Assembly: GCA_035250975.1 (NCBI GenBank)
Contig: DATFEP010000004.1
Coordinates: 1 to 64,000 of the forward strand
Reading direction: 5' to 3'
Length of the DNA: 64,000 bases
Source of the DNA: Nitrososphaeraceae archaeon
GTDB taxonomy: Archaea > Thermoproteota > Nitrososphaeria > Nitrososphaerales > Nitrososphaeraceae
Below, piece after piece: positions 60,345 to 64,000 of the stretch. Made by a program: the position numbers and the translations under genes. Every line of letters starts with the position of its first letter. Positions within the stretch are counted from its first letter, which is position 1. Under the pieces are notes generated by a model. That model searched no databases. It had not been told where the DNA came from and saw only the letters and a program-made list of their open reading frames with translations.

Positions 60345-61493
60345 ATGCATATTTCTGAAATTTTTTACATGAGGTATTATCTGTCATATTCCTTAATGTT
60401 GGTTGTTATTATGGTTTCGATAATAGGATTAGGCAATATTGGCTCGGCTATACCACCAGTCGTAGCACAATCTAATGAGAACGGAAATCCCGTTTATCCT
60501 TACCCTGTTCTTCACAAGATTGAGATGTCTGTGCAGAAAATTGAGAAACCGGGTGATGATTTGTTTGGTTACCAGCTTGATAAACATGAAATTTTCGATC
60601 CAAAAAGTGGTGAATTGTTGAATGATATTACAGATCGATATACAAAGGGACCTACCATCCCTGGACCAACATTAATGTTTGAAGAAGGTGATTCTGTTGA
60701 ATTAACTTTTACTAATCCTGGTAAGTCAATGAATGGAATATGTAACACTAATCCATCTCCAGAGAATACAGGTGCTCCAGGTAGGGTAAGTATTCACGTC
60801 CATGGGATTCATTATTCTATAGCAAGTGATGGGACTTTAGGAATTCTTAATGGCTTAAGAGACGAAGGTGTTTGCCCCGGAGAATCAATAAAATATCATT
60901 ACACCGCTGGTCCCGGAACAGCTGGTACATGGCCTTATCATGATCATGCGCTTGGTCTGAATCCTTCCGGAATTTATATTGATGGTTCAGAAACATTAGG
61001 ATTGTTTGGTAATCTTGTAATTGAGAGTCATACTGGAAAAACAGTGGCCTTGGTTAACGGAATACCAACTAAGGTGAACGTAGCCGATATTGCTAAGGAC
61101 GTCTTCTGTTATGTTACAGATGATGCTTTTTGGTGTGACGAAATAGATTACATCAATAACGCTATTCGCACAGCATTATGGGAAAATCCAACTATCGGTG
61201 CTAAGGATGGTGACTTGATAAGATTCCATTTATACGGAATGGGTACCGATTTTCATATCTTTTCATTAACAGGGTATGAATGGCTTGAACCTGGAACAGC
61301 GCAGATAATCAAAGATAAAAAATTCGGGGCTCTCGAAAACCATGTTTTTACTATTCAGGCCAAAAATGGTATTGCTGAATATAGGGACACAATAACATCG
61401 CATCTTTTATCTGGAATGAAAGGATCATTTATGGTAGATAGTGTTGGAAAAAGTGTTCCTGGAAAATCACCATTGGAGGGAGTTGTAAATTAA
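60345..61493 (+). CDS. Secreted two-domain multicopper-oxidase-like protein A (domain-1 Cu ligands intact, domain-2 ligands lost)
   Basis: Signal peptide; PTIPGPTL, SIHVHG, WPYHDH; domain 2 degenerate (FHIFSLTGYEW, EYRDTITSHLLSGM); ATG 60369 is a likely start. Confidence 0.85.
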   Translation: MHISEIFYMRYYLSYSLMLVVIMVSIIGLGNIGSAIPPVVAQSNENGNPVYPYPVLHKIEMSVQKIEKPGDDLFGYQLDKHEIFDPKSGELLNDITDRYTKGPTIPGPTLMFEEGDSVELTFTNPGKSMNGICNTNPSPENTGAPGRVSIHVHGIHYSIASDGTLGILNGLRDEGVCPGESIKYHYTAGPGTAGTWPYHDHALGLNPSGIYIDGSETLGLFGNLVIESHTGKTVALVNGIPTKVNVADIAKDVFCYVTDDAFWCDEIDYINNAIRTALWENPTIGAKDGDLIRFHLYGMGTDFHIFSLTGYEWLEPGTAQIIKDKKFGALENHVFTIQAKNGIAEYRDTITSHLLSGMKGSFMVDSVGKSVPGKSPLEGVVN

Positions 61494-61495
61494 AG

Positions 61496-64000
61496 ATGAA
61501 CAAATTAAAAAATAATATCATAATGATTTTATTTGCAGTAATATTGCTGTCCTCTACATTAACAATTGGGACACAAAATAATGTACACAAACCTGAGCTA
61601 GTGGATAGAAACGGAAACACTGGTCAAATAAAAATCGGTGGGACACATCCTATAATACAAATTGCTGAAGCAACTAGCGAAGAAAAGATGAAAAACGAAA
61701 TGAGAAACAATGTTCCTTACAAGAACACAAACCAAGATTCTGAAATAAACTACTACGCTGATAAAAAATCATTTCAAGATAATAGTCAATCTAATTCTGA
61801 CCTTGGCATAATTCATGAGGTAACTATCGAATCAAAGGAACTACCAAACGGACAATATGGTTATATTATGAAAAAGCATATAGTAAGAGATGAAGACTCA
61901 GAGACTGATTTAACATCTAGGTATCCTAATTTCCCTACTATCCCTGGTCCTACATTAGAAATTCATGAAGGGGATTTGCTGATCCTTACTTCGATAGATC
62001 AGAACGGATCCCAAAAAGTACAGCAAATAAAAGCAAAATCACCTGGAACTTTTGAATATTATGGTGAGAATTTTAGAACTTTAGGATTGTTTGGTGCTAT
62101 AATTGTTGATCCATATGATAATGTTCCTGCACAATTAAACGGCAAAGTCGTATCAGTTGATCTAAGAGATCTTGAGAAACAATATGTTCTGTTCATGGTG
62201 GGTTCTACTTTCTGGGGTCAAGAGATTGATTCAAAGCATAATCAAAAACCATTATGGACAAATCCTACATTAGGAGCAGATTTGAATCAGTTAGTCAGGT
62301 TCCATGTGTTAGGGGCCTTACATCAGCATACTTTCCATCTACACGCTCACAGATGGCTGGATCCGGGAACCACAAACATTATTGATACAAAATTGATTTT
62401 TCCATATCAGAGTCACTCCTTCATAGTTGAAGCAGGCGACAAAGTAGGAATTGGCAATTGGCAATATCATTGTCATGTATTTGCTCACATGGAAGCTGGA
62501 ATGATGGGTACGTTTAAGGTAGGGCCTGTTGGGAGTTTCACCAAAAGTATACCTGGTGCGTCTCCACTCGATGGAGGGCCAACTGAACAAGGGGACTTCA
62601 TAACATTTTCTATAACAGATGATCCAGGAAGATACTTTAAGAACGTAGGCGGAGAAATAAAAATAAAAGACGAAAGAGGAGAGCTTGTAGCATTAACAGA
62701 TACAACAGAATCATTTGGAGTAGTAGGTAAAGGAGGAACTGTACACTTCATAATGGACGATACAAATGCTGTACATACGATTACTAGTCTTTTATGGCCA
62801 TCAGAAGCAAACAATATGCCTATGCAAACTATAAGCAGCCATAATGAAAAAGTAAACTCTAACCAGAAGCTCAACCAGATATCATTACCCCCACATATGC
62901 CATTCGATCAAATTACCGCATATTCTGGAGGTGGCATAGTAAAACTTGAAACGCCTGGATTGTATGTTTTTACTTGCAAAATACATCCCTATATGTTTGC
63001 AGGAGTAATAGCAGATGACCCTGAAACGACTGGTTTTGACTTAGGTGATGAGCTTGAATTAAGCACGGGAGATAAAGTAGCCTCTAGTAATGACCTCTCA
63101 TTAGCTTTATTAAGGACATTCTTCATTGCGAATAATCCCTCTAACTGGAAGGATTATAGTACAGATATTCCTTCAGATTTGAAGGATTCTAGTGTTGCCA
63201 ATTCAGAATGGACACCTAAATTTCCTCATATTCCAGTAAAAACAGACCAAAAGGACGTATTCTATCTTGATGAAGCACTTATGACTTCTATGAAAGAAAC
63301 GACTATTCTCGGAAATACACAACAACAAATTACCGGACTAGACACAATTCAAAATCCATCTATCCCAGGAGTTGGCGAAGTGTGGATAGATACACAATTT
63401 GAGGAAACAGCTAACAAGACAAAACCAGGAACAGCAACCAAGGTGAATGTCGAGAATTGGAAGGTTGAAAGAAAGGTTTCATTGCCTCAAATAAATATGA
63501 ATCATCCACATAATATGTGGAGTGACTCCAATCAAGAAGTGATGTATCAAACTCAATGGTTTGATAATCGGTTGACTGCATTTGACAGAAATACTGGGAC
63601 ATTACTTGATGATATCAAGGTTGGGGATGCACCGTCACATGTTATGACAAACCCTACAAATGACCGACTCTATGTTGTGTTAAGCGGTGAACAAGGAGTC
63701 GCAGAACTTGATTTTGACAAACAAAATAATAAATTCAATATATTGAGAATAATGCCCATGCAAGATTCTGGTCAACTCCCAACACATCCTCACGCACATT
63801 GGATTACTCCAAATGGAGAGAAGATGATTACTCCAAATCATTTCACGAATGATGTAACTATCTTTGATTTCACCAAAAATCAAGGAAAAGGGGAAATCCA
63901 ATCCAGAGTAAATACAGGCATGATGCCCATTGCAACTGGCATGATGCCAGACGGAAAGAAAGCTTACGTCTCTAGCCTGCTTAATAGTACGGTTGATCTT
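61496..64000 (+). CDS. Large secreted multicopper oxidase B + cupredoxin + YVTN-like beta-propeller (partial, runs off the window; not in ORF track)
   Basis: Manual translation is open for 835 codons; HTFHLHAHRW (62327), WQYHCHVFAHMEAGM (~62459), VHTITS + CKIHPYM (62774, 62975), NHPHNMW, PSHVMT, THPHAHW. Confidence 0.88.
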   Translation, partial: MNKLKNNIIMILFAVILLSSTLTIGTQNNVHKPELVDRNGNTGQIKIGGTHPIIQIAEATSEEKMKNEMRNNVPYKNTNQDSEINYYADKKSFQDNSQSNSDLGIIHEVTIESKELPNGQYGYIMKKHIVRDEDSETDLTSRYPNFPTIPGPTLEIHEGDLLILTSIDQNGSQKVQQIKAKSPGTFEYYGENFRTLGLFGAIIVDPYDNVPAQLNGKVVSVDLRDLEKQYVLFMVGSTFWGQEIDSKHNQKPLWTNPTLGADLNQLVRFHVLGALHQHTFHLHAHRWLDPGTTNIIDTKLIFPYQSHSFIVEAGDKVGIGNWQYHCHVFAHMEAGMMGTFKVGPVGSFTKSIPGASPLDGGPTEQGDFITFSITDDPGRYFKNVGGEIKIKDERGELVALTDTTESFGVVGKGGTVHFIMDDTNAVHTITSLLWPSEANNMPMQTISSHNEKVNSNQKLNQISLPPHMPFDQITAYSGGGIVKLETPGLYVFTCKIHPYMFAGVIADDPETTGFDLGDELELSTGDKVASSNDLSLALLRTFFIANNPSNWKDYSTDIPSDLKDSSVANSEWTPKFPHIPVKTDQKDVFYLDEALMTSMKETTILGNTQQQITGLDTIQNPSIPGVGEVWIDTQFEETANKTKPGTATKVNVENWKVERKVSLPQINMNHPHNMWSDSNQEVMYQTQWFDNRLTAFDRNTGTLLDDIKVGDAPSHVMTNPTNDRLYVVLSGEQGVAELDFDKQNNKFNILRIMPMQDSGQLPTHPHAHWITPNGEKMITPNHFTNDVTIFDFTKNQGKGEIQSRVNTGMMPIATGMMPDGKKAYVSSLLNSTVDL

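Noticed and set aside
60345-61493. Protein A as a simple pseudogene
   Set aside because: The ORF and signal peptide are intact, and the ligand losses are confined to exactly the domain retained in the neighbour; not formally excluded.
60345-62580. Calling the MCO genes nirK
   Set aside because: NirK has its T1 site in domain 1 and no T3 HxH pairs; here T1 is in domain 2 with SLAC-like HxH motifs.
592-63901. Numerous antisense/overlapping ORFs in the track (e.g. 592, 12757, 21031, 32718, 49062, 62485, 63411)
   Set aside because: They are shadows of well-supported genes on the opposite strand.
61496-64000. Calling the large copper protein NosZ (N2O reductase)
   Set aside because: Domain order differs (the cupredoxin precedes the propeller), the site is mononuclear T1-type (C-x2-H-x2-M) rather than CuA, and an MCO module is fused at the N-terminus.

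Overview
AT-rich archaeal chromosomal segment whose gene content points to a soil-type ammonia-oxidising archaeon (Nitrososphaeraceae, Nitrosocosmicus-like). The evidence is an archaeal histone, TopoVI, aIF2-gamma, AglB, a Rieske/cytochrome b/cupredoxin complex III, bacterial-type MetK, uvrABC and anaerobic-route cobalamin genes; the taxonomy is an inference. Most of the window is housekeeping: asnS, rio2, metK, Lsm, radB-like, citrate synthase, proteasome beta, rpl1/P0/L12, secE, cbiD/G/X/C/A, uvrBAC, rps6e, eif2g, top6AB, aglB and two deoxyhypusine-synthase paralogues. It also holds two intron-containing tRNAs (Arg-TCT, Cys-GCA), two decayed IS remnants (IS6-like, IS5-like) and several small Cys-rich ORFs missed by the ORF track. 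The most striking feature is at the right end (60345->64000). Two tandem paralogous two-domain multicopper-oxidase (small-laccase-type) genes there have lost copper ligands reciprocally: one keeps only the domain-1 histidines, the other only the domain-2 histidines and the type-1 site. This suggests an obligately heteromeric copper oxidase. The second subunit, absent from the ORF track, is additionally fused to a blue-copper cupredoxin and a His-rich beta-propeller. Other oddities include a rhomboid-Hsp20-like fusion, an AglB-cyclophilin fusion, a stand-alone MORC-like GHKL ATPase and a divergent DHS/DHS-like pair.
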